A stretch of 64,000 nucleotides of DNA from Syntrophales bacterium. Lineage in GTDB: Bacteria > Desulfobacterota > Syntrophia > Syntrophales > UBA2210. The DNA lies in contig CAXXNF010000001.1 of the NCBI GenBank assembly GCA_963666365.2, positions 217,281-281,280 on the forward strand, written 5' to 3'. The position numbers were made by a program, and so were the translations under genes. Positions 35,301 to 46,800 of this stretch are shown here, one piece after another (the first letter of the stretch is position 1; each line of letters opens with the position of its first letter). Below the pieces are notes generated by a model, which was given only the letters and a program-made list of their open reading frames with translations, was not told the DNA's origin and searched no databases.

Positions 35301-37645
35301 TGCGCCGTATTGCCGGCAGGATCGGTCAAGGATTTTGCCACCCGGCCCTGGTGATCGTGCCGGTATGTGTAGGAAGTGCCGTCGGGCCTGGTCTCGGTCA
35401 GGGAGCTTTCCTCACTTATATAAGGCACAAACTCCTCCCCTTCCGAATCCTGAAGGGAAAGTGTCGTCACGTTTTCATCGGCATCCTGCTGAGTCGCCGC
35501 TACGCCGCCGCCCTCCCGATAGGTCTGCCTGTAGGGGGTGTTTCCCTCGGGATAGGTCACGCCGGTAATGGCGCCGTAACCGGCATAGGCAAAAGTGGTT
35601 GATGCGGCCATGGGATCAATTACGGACCGCAGGACCAGTTCCTGAGGGTTGTCCGTTGGATTTTCCTCGTAGGCAAGGTCGAAGGTACGGCCCTGGTCGT
35701 CGGTAACCGACACCAGATACTTGTTCGTATCCTGCGTTCCGACCTGGGCGTAGGCAAAGGAGAGGGATCGGCCCAGGCCGTCTTCCACCGATTCGGGCAT
35801 GTGGGAGAAATCCCCTTCACCGTAGCGGTACGTGAGGACGTTGCCGTTGCGGTCCTCGATGCGGACCAGACGTGCCCGGGAGGCCTGGGTCACCGCCGCC
35901 AGATAGACGTCTTCCTGTGATTCGTTGACCACACCGTCGACCAATGTCGTTGCCCCGGTGTAAAAAACTACGAAACCTCCATCCGCTGAGATGGAGGACC
36001 GAAAACAGCCATCATCCGCCTCGACGCCTGCGCTGCTGACGCTCGCCCGCGTGGTGGCGCTTCCCTCCATGTCCCGAACGAACACGTCGTAGGACCAGTT
36101 CATGTCGTCCGCTACGAGATTTGAAGCCCAGGACTCGAAAGCCACAAAGCGGCCGTCCGCCGAAATGGACGGATAACGCGAGCTGTTGTCGGATGCGGCG
36201 CCTTCCATACCCACGCTTACCAGAACGGTGGCTGTTTCTTGACTGTCGTACAGGAAGACATCCGAACGCCCGTTTGTATCACCTGCAACGAGATTGGTAG
36301 CAGACGAGTAAAAGGTCACGTACCGGCCGTCAGCGGACAGGGATGGCCATTCCGAACTGCTGTCGCCTTCCGTTCCCTCCGAGTCTACGCTCACCCGTGT
36401 GGTCGTACCCGTCTCCCGATCATGGACGAAAACGTCCCTGGCACTGTTGGCATCGTCCGAAACCAGGGTGCTCGCTTCTGAGGTAAAGGCCACATAGCGG
36501 CCGTCTGCCGAAATCGCGGTGTAAAAAGAATTGCCATTACCCTGGGTCCCGTCCGAATGGATACTTACCAGCGTGGTTTCTCCGGTCTGCCTGTCATGGA
36601 TAAAAACATCCTTCATCTCGTTTACATCGTTCTCTACCAGATTTGAGGCAGAGGAGGCAAAGGCCACATAGCGGCCGTCTGCCGATATGGCAGCATAGGA
36701 GGAATGACCGTTTCCCTGCGTTCCGTCGGAGGACACGCTCACAAGACAGGTCTCGCCCTGTTCCCGATCGCAAACGAATATATCCTCATACCCGTTCACG
36801 TCGCCTTCAACCAGATCGGATGCGTAGGATTCAAAGACTACATACCGGCCGTCCGGGGTAATGGCGGGATTACGCGAAATATTGTTTCCCGACGTCCCTA
36901 CAGGCGTCACGCTGACCAGAGAGACCTGTCCCGATGCTCTGTCGCGTACAAAAACGTCCATTTTCCCATTGGTGTCGGGGGTCACAAGGTTGGAAGCCAC
37001 CGATCCAAAGGCCACGACACGTCCTCCTTCGGAAACGCATGCGACGGTTGACCAATTATCCGCCTCCGCTCCTTCGGAGGTCTCGCTTATACGCTCTGAG
37101 ATCGCCATGGACCAGGGAATCGCCTCTTTCTTATAGGAGTATACCAGCTCTTCTTCGGGCTGGAGAAGATAGAAAAACCCGTCCGTTTCCTTAAGACTGC
37201 ACCGCACACCCTCGAGGGAAAAGGGCTCCCAGGCAGCGCCGTTTTTGCGGAACCCGTATTCCTTTCCCGCGCCGATGTCCGCATAGACCTCTTCCGGCGT
37301 TGTATCGGCATAGCGCGTCACACCGCCCGTGTGGGTCCCGGCGAATACCGATGGCAGGCCGTCGGAAAAACGCTTGGCATCCATTTGTGAACCGTAGAAA
37401 AGAGAAAAGGAAACCGGCAACGGCCCGCCCAGATCGAAGGGATTCATGGTGAAGAAATACTCGCCTGTGGCGGCATTAATCGGATCGCCCACTTTCAACA
37501 CCGTCGTTTCTGTTTTGGAGATCCCTATCTTCGAATATTCTGTCGGTTCCTCGCCATTGGCAGCACAGGTGACACCCAGAAGCAGCACGACAACAAGCAA
37601 GAGTATCATCCCCCGCATACCGAGTGGGTTCATCTCATTTCGCAT
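32333..37645 (-). CDS. Sec-signal RHS/YD-repeat protein: DUF6531-like N-terminus, 7-repeat PD40/TolB-like beta-propeller, YD shell, RHS core and a 174-aa helical C-terminal domain
   Basis: The signal peptide is followed by GDPINAATGEYFFTMNPFDLGGPLPVSFSLFY. Seven repeats of about 58 aa follow the pattern SADGRYVAF.S.ASNLV..D.N...DVFV.D. Dozens of YxYDxxGR(L/M) repeats come next. The core end reads ARYYDAGNGRFLSPEP...NPYLYAYANPVSTVDVTGF. GGGAGG RBS. Confidence 0.9.
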   Translation of the reverse strand: MRNEMNPLGMRGMILLLVVVLLLGVTCAANGEEPTEYSKIGISKTETTVLKVGDPINAATGEYFFTMNPFDLGGPLPVSFSLFYGSQMDAKRFSDGLPSVFAGTHTGGVTRYADTTPEEVYADIGAGKEYGFRKNGAAWEPFSLEGVRCSLKETDGFFYLLQPEEELVYSYKKEAIPWSMAISERISETSEGAEADNWSTVACVSEGGRVVAFGSVASNLVTPDTNGKMDVFVRDRASGQVSLVSVTPVGTSGNNISRNPAITPDGRYVVFESYASDLVEGDVNGYEDIFVCDREQGETCLVSVSSDGTQGNGHSSYAAISADGRYVAFASSASNLVENDVNEMKDVFIHDRQTGETTLVSIHSDGTQGNGNSFYTAISADGRYVAFTSEASTLVSDDANSARDVFVHDRETGTTTRVSVDSEGTEGDSSSEWPSLSADGRYVTFYSSATNLVAGDTNGRSDVFLYDSQETATVLVSVGMEGAASDNSSRYPSISADGRFVAFESWASNLVADDMNWSYDVFVRDMEGSATTRASVSSAGVEADDGCFRSSISADGGFVVFYTGATTLVDGVVNESQEDVYLAAVTQASRARLVRIEDRNGNVLTYRYGEGDFSHMPESVEDGLGRSLSFAYAQVGTQDTNKYLVSVTDDQGRTFDLAYEENPTDNPQELVLRSVIDPMAASTTFAYAGYGAITGVTYPEGNTPYRQTYREGGGVAATQQDADENVTTLSLQDSEGEEFVPYISEESSLTETRPDGTSYTYRHDHQGRVAKSLTDPAGNTAQFSSDSVRDEITGVTDRLGGVATLTSDPDTGFTTSVTNALGNRISYTYTSQEQTFSHPEDEESVNFTFHDPTKEDYPDGTSLGLAYDERGNITSMTDPSGETWTFVYDEQGRMTSSTNPVGGTTTYTYNTDGTAASATDPDGVTAAFTYDAMRRRTGITVAGTSTTTMDYDGNDRITGITHPTGSTYQFTYDTNGNLTSITDPTGNAASLVFDDMDRTVSATDRTGAVTTTGYDTMGRISSMTDPASVASVFHYDSLGRLVGMTRGGDTWQTAYDAEGVVSSRTTPLGYTTGYVTDALGQVTRMTDACGRSIYFEWDAMNRIISVTDGLGRTGGLAYGPGGNLSSITLPETGTMTLQYDAMGALTGITDRRGNSWPFTRSESGRMESAATPSGYKITYEYDNQGRVSSETGSDGRSVSLIRDAAGNVTGKTCSDGTVFTYEYDELGRLTSTEGLILTRDAEGLVETTSTGGKTFGAVYDGAGRLVTASYGNDFNVDYSYDGDTGLLTGLGDTLTGTWMTLSYDRDRRLTGITRSNGVNGTYTYNGAGELVRIQEGSIVDCAYTLDNAGQVVSADMTVPLDPAEALGFRTRHYAYDSACSPQSPGHSSDNAGNTTSSPSHRFQWNAESLLARVDDTDLSYNGMGDLLTRTEDDSTTRYHYNYGIGLHPVVAEEVGATGTVTRYYVWSPEGELLYSIGMATAEPSVRFYHFNLTGSTLALTDENGLVTDAYAYTPYGRVLGHQGESLQFFTYAGKWGVRQEGEGGDLFHIRARYYDAGNGRFLSPEPLRPQEPDLHMLNPYLYAYANPVSTVDVTGFAPTATMTPSEFLDLHREYERAKTEALVYQSCIDHADLYEDCEDFDLHMVRCFLAHSIKIIKKLSFMGRREMQQKAVRIEKKVNALLKRVSEGRAKIRELEQPKNKEIIHKEYALLDKILDEAAGHYDSPSIAGLIQDCEAEIYSARERMEQAESFRQSVDAAEKELKRMGFSPE

Positions 37646-37705
37646 CGCAACCTCCCGCGTAACAGTAAGGATAAAAAAAGATCCAAATTTTTATCATGAA
37701 AGGGA

Positions 37706-37734
37706 AATATAAGAAAAACGGCATTGCGAGTCAA
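37706..37734 (-). promoter_or_regulatory. Candidate sigma-70 promoter of the 1770-aa RHS gene
   Basis: On the minus strand: TTGACT (37734-37729), 17 nt, TATATT (37711-37706), in the AT-rich 187-bp gap after the giant gene. Confidence 0.35.
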
Positions 37735-37832
37735 TGAATAATACCCGTCATACAGGCAATGCAAAATATATCAAATTGATTTCACAATATATTTACCGCG
37801 TCTTTTTTATTAAGGTGGAATTTTTTCAGTGC

Positions 37833-40800
37833 TCAGGGCAACCCGGCGGATTTTCGAAGGGTATAGATAAGATCTTCCACGCCTGCCTTCCCGTCGCCGT
37901 TTACGTCGCCGGTAACGAAACAGTCGTCCGGAACGGTACCGGCGATCACCTGTAACAGTATAACGGAGTCTGCCAGACCGACCTCCCCGTCATTGTTGAA
38001 ATCGCCCCTTATATACTCAGAGGAGAAGACGGCTTCGATCACATGATCGGCAATTACGTCGCTGAGGGTATAGTGAGCCGGCATACCGTACAACGGATCG
38101 GCGGGGATCACCGCCGCCAGTACCGACATACCGTCCACGGCGACGTCGATGAGCGACGCGCCAGGATCGGGAACGAACATCCACATATATGATTCGTGAT
38201 CTTCGAGATACACCGGTTCGGAAGGCAGGATTTTACCCCTTCCCGAACTGACCGGTGTGATCTCGTGTTCGTTCAGAGCAAATCGCGCCTCTATCGCATG
38301 CCCCTCGTTTACGTTGCTGAAAACGTATGTCTCGACGGGACCGACGGACAGGCCGTCCACAAGAACATCTTCGAGATGATAATTCGCCCCGGCACCCATG
38401 TAATAAGTGATTTCGCCGCCGTGGGTTACGGTGGAATCGCCTGCGGGGTCGATGTACCCCCCGGCGCCCGCCGTTGCGGATATAATATAACGGTTTGCCT
38501 CGAACCAGGCCGCGATGGAATGGTAATCGTTCGTAACCTCTATAAACGTGTAGGTATCGACCGGTTCGGGAAGCACAAGCCCGTCCACAATTACGGATGA
38601 TACATGAAACCCCTCGTCGGCACCGATGGTAAAGGTGAGGTCGCCGCCGTGGTATACGGGCGCTTCTCCCGAAGGATCGATCCAGCCTCCGCTGCCCGCG
38701 TCGGCGCTGATCGTGTACTGCACCGTTCCGAAGGTCGCCTCGACGGTATGGTCGGAAGCGATGTCGTCAAAGGTGTAACTGTCGATCGGTCCCTGCGAAA
38801 CGCCGTCGACGTGCACATCCTCGATATAATGACCCCAATCGGCATCGATCGTGTAGACGACGCCGGACGTGCCGTGGTCGTATTCACTCGCGCCGGGAGG
38901 CCAAATCGTGCCTCCTGCGCCTGCAATTGCCGTCACGGTATATCGCTTCAGGGTAAAGACAGCCCCGATCTCCCTGTCCCGATCCACCGAAATCGTGCAT
39001 GTCGTTCCGCTCCAGGATTCGACCCCCGTAAATCCTCCGAAGTTGGAGGTTTCATCGGGTGTTGCCAGAAGCGTCACTTCTGTTCCCGCGAGGAATTCGG
39101 CACTGCACAGGTCGCCGCACTCGATGCCGCCCGGTATCGAGAGGACGACTCCTCCTCCGTTTCCTTCCCGGACAAGGGTGAAGGTATAGATTCTCGTGAC
39201 TTCCGTGTCCATATGAACGGCATTGTTCGATTCATCGGGATCGATATTCGGGCCTTTCACGGTTGCATCGTTCATAAGCGAATCCGCCCCTCGGGGTGCC
39301 TTGAGCGTCAAGGTTACCGTGGCGGAGGCGCCGGCGGCCAGGCCGCTCAGGACGAACTGCGCCTCCCCGTCGGACGTATTGACAGTCCCCTCGCCGGCGT
39401 CGGCGGAAATAAAGAGGGCATCCTGCGGAAAGGTATCGACGATACGCACCGACTGCGCATCGTCGGGGCCACGGTTGGTCACGGTAATGGTGTAGGTCAG
39501 CGCCTCGCCCGCCAGCACAGGATCGGCATCGGCACTCAGCGAAACTTCCATGTCCGACAGGCCAACGGTTCGCACCGGCCAGACGTTGGCCCCGTTCATA
39601 TCGGCTTCCTTGCTCATCGCGTCGATGCGCATCTCCCAGAAATTGCCCACCCAGGCGACCGTCGCCGGATCGGCAGGCCGACTGGTGGAAGACCAGTACA
39701 TGCTCCTGACATCCTCAAAGGGCATGCCGGGGATGGTTCCTCCCTCGCTATATATCTTCGACACATCGAAAAGGCTTGCCAGTTCGTATATTGCGGGCAT
39801 ACGCCAATCTGTGCAAGGACTTTCGCTTACCCGATAGGTCCCGTCGTTGATACCGGCGATAAAATCAAGGGCCATCTGCCAGGAGACGCGTCCTTCATTC
39901 CGACAATTCCCGAAGGTGTCGTAGGAGGGATATAATACCCCGACGGGATCGGCCTTCTTCAGCCACTGAAGCCCCGTCATGCTATCGGTGACGGTGCCGT
40001 CGCCGTTCTCCTTGAACCGCACCGCCGGCGCCGCAAGCCCCCGTTGGAGATCGCCGTCGTCGCCCGTTGCATAGCTTTCGGTCTGTCCCGTTTTCGGGAT
40101 CTTTGCGGACCCGCTACCTCTTCCCCGCACGGGAAGGAAAAAATAGTGATTTGTCTTCGCGATTGTCGACAGAGCAGCCGAAGCGCCCAGGGAACAGCGA
40201 TAGGCGGACGCGGACGAGCTGTGAAAACTGGTCGAGGTCCAGAAGGCCATGGAATACAGTGAAAAGCCGAATGAATTGAGCCACTCGACAACATTCGACT
40301 CTCGGCCGTTCATCACAAGGCTTGTCATCTCAAAAACATTGGGCACCCGCCAGTCGTTATAGGATGCGGAGTAGCCATAGTTCACGTAATTTTGGGAAGA
40401 TACATTCAGGGACTGCACGAGCGCAAACGTGTCCTGCCAGGTCGGCGCCAAATCGCCAAAAAGATCAATGCGGCCTATCCACATGAGTCCCGTGTAGTGA
40501 TCGGTAATTGTGCCGTCCCCGTTGTCGGTGAAGCGCGGTTCCGGCCATGGAGGACCAACGTGCAGATCGCCGTCGTCTCCCTGCGCATAGCTCGTCCGTT
40601 GTCCTGAAAAGGCCGGGGTGATGGGATAGGATATCTCATGAAAGACCACTTCGACAACATGATCGGCTTCAATGTATGACAGCAGCAGTGACCCGGCGAC
40701 GGGGCCCCTGTCCGTACCATCGACGACCACCTGCGCCGTTTCAAACCCTTCGTCCGGGGTGATGGCGATCACCAGCGAATCGCCGTACTCAATCACGCGG

Positions 40801-43800
40801 CTGCCTGCGGGAATCACCGCGCCGCCTGCCCCTGCCGCTATATCGACGGTAAAGGTCCTGATGCGGAAGGAGACGTCGATCGTATGATCGGCATGGATAT
40901 CGCTGAAGGTGTAGCTGTCGACGGCGCCAATCGAAACACCGTCGATGCGCACGTCGTCGATCTCGTAGCCGACATCCGGGGTAATCACAAACGTGGCGTC
41001 GCTGCCTGCCGGAAAAGAACTCACCCCCGCCGGGGCAATAGCACCTTGATAGCCCGCCGTTGCAGTGATCCTGTGTACCTCCACCGCGACAGCGCAGATC
41101 GTCTGGTCGGAGGTGACGGCATCGAAGGTCCATGCATCGACGGCCCCTATCGAGACGCCGTTGACACAGACGTCGGCAATCGCATAGCCCGTCTCGGCGT
41201 CAACGGAGAAGGAGCAGCTTCCTCCATGGGGAACCGTCTGCGTTTCCGAGGGAGTAAAGACCACATGGGGAGCGGCACAAGGCGTCACACTGTAGGTAGT
41301 GACGGCGAAGGTCGCCTCTACGATGTGATCCTCTTCCACTATTCCGATTTCGTAGGACGACACCGCCCCCACCGAAAGGCCGTTATCGGTGACATCCGCC
41401 ACATGGTATCCCTCGTCCGGTGTGATGTCGAAGGTGATGCCGTAGGTGGCGTCGACCACCTGGGGCCCCGACGGGGAGATGGTCCCGTGCGCGCCGGCCG
41501 TTCCCGTCACGATGAATTTCTGAAGCTCGAAAACGGCTTCGATCGTATGATCTTCTGTGACCCCCGTGAAGATATAGGAATCGGAGACGCCCGCCGACAG
41601 GCCGTCTACCCTCAGATCGGCAATATTGTAATAGGTATCGGGCGTTATCCTGTAGGTACTATCGCCCCCGTAGTTGACGGTGGTCGTTCCCGCCGGGTCG
41701 ATACGGCCTCCCGCGACATGGTACTCCGTATCACGTATCGATGAAACGATCTCTAAAGTACGAAGCGTAAAGGTGATCACCGCCTGTGTATCGCCGTCCA
41801 TGGTAAGGGTGGCAGAGCCCGTACCGGTGCAGGCACCGCTCCACTGCCCCGCAGCGGTCCCTTCATCGGCCAGCGGATACAATCTGACAAGGGTGCCGGG
41901 ATTCAGGACCAGTTCCGTATCTTCCCTCGCACGGATCGTATCGTACCCCTCGGCGGAGATCTCCACCTCGCCGCTGCCGTTGCCGCTGAAATCGACGGTA
42001 AGGGTATGGGCGATTCCCGTTCCCGTCAGGGGAACCGTTACCGACGGATAGTGCGGATCATCAGAAGTGATAATAAGAAAGGTCTTTTTCACCCCCCTTG
42101 ACAGGGGGGCAAAGCCCACGGAACATTGTATCTGCTGCGACGGCATGATGACCGCATTCGAGGGAGGGCTGTGGTAGAGAAAATAGAAATCGTCCCTGTC
42201 GCCGCCGAAAAGATAGACCGGCCCCAGGGTCAGGTCGCCGGCACCCGAGTTTCCTATGGTCACTTCGAGCACATGATCGTATGAAGGATCCGCCCCCACG
42301 TCTACACTCCCGAAATCACGGACCGATCGGTTTACCCCTATAACGGGGTCGTTCCCCTTTTCCACCCGCCCTCCCCGCACCGGCCAGAGGGCGTATTCGT
42401 TTGCTTTTTCGCTTCTGCCGAAACGTCCTTTCGAAAAACTCACGTAATAGGCCATCGAGGGATCGAGGAGCACATTCGTCGAAGACCAGCAGGAACCCGC
42501 CACATTGATGAAGGGGTGTCCTTCGGCAAGAGACGGATCGTAGCGCGAAAAGTCCACAAGGCTTTCCAGTTCCTTGAAGTTGGGCAGGCGCCAGTCGGCA
42601 TACCCCGCGTTCAGATTCGGATAGATTTCGTGATTATAGTAGGTTTCGTCGTTGAGGGCGGCGACGAAATCGAGGGCCTGCCGCCAGGTGAGGGTACCAC
42701 CGCTATAGCCCGCAGTGGCGGCGGGGGAGGCGTTTTTCATCCACACCAGTCCCGTAAGGGCATCCGTGACGGTGCCGTCGCCGTTGTCCACAAAGCGGGG
42801 GTCAGGCCAGGCCACTCCCCGGCGTGTGTCGCCGTCGTCACCTGAGGCCGCCGAATGCGACGCACCCTGACCGGTCTTGGCCACATTGGCCGGGTACAGA
42901 GGATCGCGGTCGTTCTCCTGCCCCCCCCTGACAAGCAGCACGTGGAGCGTATCGGGAGACGACACGCCGATTTCGTCACGGAAAAAGCGATCGATCCTCC
43001 GGGTTTCGCCGAAATCGGCCCCCCAGGCGTAGACAAAGTCGGCATTGTTGTCGCAGGTGGAGGACCAGTAGAGGGCATCGGCGGGCACATTATTAAATCC
43101 CCGCGGACCGATGAACTGGGCCGTGGTAAATTCGTCATTTTCCATGAGGCTGATCAGTTCGTTGACGTTGGGAAGCCGCCAGTCGTTGTACCCCGCGGCG
43201 CAGTCTCCGAATGTTCCGTCGTTGACACCGGCCACAAAGGCAAGGGCATGATGCCAGGTAACCCGGCCGTCGGCGTTCCCGTCGCCATCGAAGGCAGGAT
43301 AGTGGGACCCGACGGGATTTCCGTCGCCGTACCACACAAGCCCCGTCAGATTGTCCCGCACCGTTCCGTCGCCCAATTCCGTAAAACGTTCTTCGGGCCA
43401 GGCGACACCGGCCCTTGCGTCGCCGTCCTGGCCGGACCCCGCGCAATCGATCGAATAGCCGTCATCGTCATAACAGGAGTAATGATCAGCCAGTCCGTCC
43501 CAATATGCCGTCTGGGGAATCTCTACAACGCCCGCGGGCGCCCCTTTGCCCGTCAGAGGATATTCGTCGGAGACACCGTTGTCGTTGCCGTAGGCATCGA
43601 GACATACGCCGGGATGAACCGGATCGGGATTCGAACAGACGTGATCGTACCAGTAATTGCCCCATCCCTCGAAGGACCACTGATTGCCGCCGTCGTCAAT
43701 GGCGCTGCAATAGATGAAACTGTTGTGCCAGGAAACCACCGAATTGCATCCGATAAGGGACATTCCGCAGTCAAGGTCGTCGAAAACGTTATCGTGTACC

Positions 43801-46800
43801 TTTGCGCCGGCGACATTTTGAAGCCGCAGGCCCGTGACTGAAGAGGCATCGGAAAAAATATTTTTGCCGATCACCAGATCCGCCGCGTTCAGGAGGGAAG
43901 TCCCCGCAACGGCAATCCCGTAGAAGGAAGAATTCCACAGGCCATCGAAGGAGTTCGACGACACATCGATATGAGACGACCCGTTGTCGATGGAGAATTC
44001 GATCCCCCCTTCGCAACCCGCAAAGACATTCTCCCGTATCACGATATTTTTCAGGAGCCCTTCCCCGGCAATTGCATTCGCCGACGTCCTGTTAAAGGTG
44101 CACGCCTCTACGGTAATATTTTCGCAGTCGCTAAGGAACAACGGCGTCTCCGTTCCAGAAAAATCCATGTTCTCTATGTCGAAATTGTTGCAACCGGAAA
44201 GGGAAATTTTTTCGATTGCCGAATCGCGCAGCCTTCCGGAGACAGTTGCCGAAAAATCCATATTCGAAAGCGTCAGCTCCCTACAGGTTACCCCCTCAAG
44301 AGAAACGCCCGAGGCACCGGAGATTGACAGGCCGTAATCCGGAAACGCGCAGTCTGTCAGCAAAAGCGGCCCGGCCTTTACCAGGGTGATCGATTGGCCG
44401 TCCAGATCGACGGCAAAATCGCTTGCGGGCGGAGAATAATTCGGAATCAGCGGTGTCGTTCCGTAGACAAGGCTGACCTTCGCCCCCATCTGCGTTCCGG
44501 CAAGCGAGAGTGTGCCTCCTTCGGCAACCCTTATGGGCAGGCTGTCGGTATTGCTGAAAACCGCATCGCCGACACTCAGCGCTCCTCCCGACGCCACTTC
44601 GACGGCGGGCGATGTATAGGGGGACGGAACCCAGACGATATCGCCCCCGTTAACGGTCAGCAAATCGCCCGCTTGAATATCCCTGAGATCGGCGGCATAT
44701 ACGGGACCGGTCGCGTCAAAGGTTCCCCGTGGCCGCAGGATCACTTTTTCGGATACCTTGTTGCCCCCGTCGACAAGGAGCGTCGCATATATATCCTGCG
44801 GCCCGAAATAGCCGGAAGTGTCCCAGGTCATACGGGCGATACCCCGGCTTCCCCACCGGCTGACGTCAAGGGGCGCATCGTTGATGCACTGTCCCCCGTT
44901 CGCGGGATCGCCGAAATAGATGTCAACGGTATAGTCGTCATTGCCGAAAAGGCCTTCGATAAAGATCTTCAGTTCAAGCGCCGTTCCCGCCGGGACGTCA
45001 GCCGCCCCGTAGACGCGATCGTCCTTCTCCTTTCCCGCCGCAATGCAATAGGATCCCGTCCCCGAATAATCGCTCCAGGCGTTGCCTGTGGAGTTCCCGT
45101 CATCCCACGCATTCGCGCCGCCGTCGTAGGCCGCCGCTCCTCCCTCCACACCGTTCTTCAGGAACAAAGCGTTTGAAAAGATGCGGTTTCCGTATCCGCG
45201 CTCCACCCGCAGGGCGTTGGCAAGTGTCTCGTATATGCGGTTCCCCTCTATAACATTATTGTTGCCGTTATTTATCGCAATGCCGCAGCAGCTCCACTGA
45301 ATGTGGTTTCCCCCGATGGTGCAGTTGTCCGCGCCGTCGAGGATAATGCCCGTAACGGTGCGCAGAATCCGCATATTATAGAGTCTGACGCCCGATGCGG
45401 CGATTCGGAAGCCGTAGTCGAGATAGTGTTCTCCCTCCGGCCTCGCCGCGACGGCAGGATTTTCCCGGTCCCGGCAGAACAGGGTAAGATTCGGGGTGGC
45501 GATCCGCACCGGTTCCTCATAATATTCCCCGTCGCCTTTCGGAAAGATTTCAATGGAATCCCCCGGCGTCGAGGCATCGACGGCCGCCTGGATCGTGGCG
45601 TATTGACGGCCGGGTCCGACAGTATGTGTGGCCGTTTCCGGCAGATCGTCAGCGACATAGGCGGAGAGATCCCCGATGGACGGGACAGGATACCTGTCGA
45701 CTCCAGCCGTCTCATCACTCTCCGAAGGGGCCGTAAATACCAAGGTTTGCACTCGCGGGCGGGTATACTCGGTGACCGTATCGGCATGAAGGGCGGCAAG
45801 TCCTTCCAGTCCGCGCAGTTCACCCATCCAGGCCAGCAAGATGGCTTCGTAGAGCATGTCGTTCGTGCCGTTTCCATCGACATCGCCGACATCGGCCAGG
45901 GGGTCCATTCCCGCCGTGGACAAGGCACTCAGGATCCACTGCTGTATCCATCCATAGCCGAGGCGGGTCTTTGTCGTGGACGCCTTGACGTGCACCGCTC
46001 CGGCGACGGCTTTCCCCGCGGAAAGGGAGGCTCTGAGCGCATCCACGGCTGCCATATTGGCTTCCGCCGTTGCCCCGTAGGAAAACCCAGCATCAATGAG
46101 GGCAACGGCATCGGACAGGTTTTTGATCGCCGCGCCGGTCTGATCTGCCGGTTCGACAAGATTTGACCCGACCTCGTAGAGTTCATCCCCCCATGAATCC
46201 TGCCAGGCCCGATAGAGGTAGAGTTCCGCGGCGCCTCGGTAAAAATTGTCCATCATGCCCGAAAGACCCGCAAGCGTTGATGTGGCGAGGAAGGCCGCAT
46301 TATTTTTAAAGGTCTGAAGCGGCATCAGCAGCGGAGGAACTCCCAGGTATTCCATGGCATATTCGACCAGTGCGCCCGCTCCCTCTTTTGCAAGATTATC
46401 AAAGCTTACCTTTTCCTTCGCCTCCTTCATGAGAAAGACCGCCCCGTCATCCGCGTTCCTGATCGCTTCAATCTCCTTTATTTTCTGAAAATCTTCCGCA
46501 TAGAGGGGACCCAGGGTCTTCATATCGACATGGTCGGAATAGGGCGTCATGTTTTGAAACATTTCGAAATGGTGATACATGGCGCTCCGGTACTGCTGAT
46601 AGGCAAAAAGAAAATAGGAGAGTTTGTGCCGCAAAACGAAAAGATCGGCCTGAGATAATTGGAGTCCCGGATATGGATCAGCACAGGCATCTTCGCAAAC
46701 CGTATTACCTGCGGAGGAGGTGCTGTAAGGGATATCAGCGGCGCAGTTCGCGCAGCCGCTATGACATGCTGCAGGAACGTACCGAGGCAGCCAGAGGATT

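Noticed and set aside
32333-37645. The RHS proteins as T6SS (PAAR/VgrG-linked) effectors or as contact-dependent inhibition toxins.
   Set aside because: All three have cleavable Sec-type signal peptides and propeller N-termini. No PAAR, VgrG, Hcp, CdiB/TpsB or DUF4150 sequence is visible in the window. Genes elsewhere in the genome cannot be excluded.
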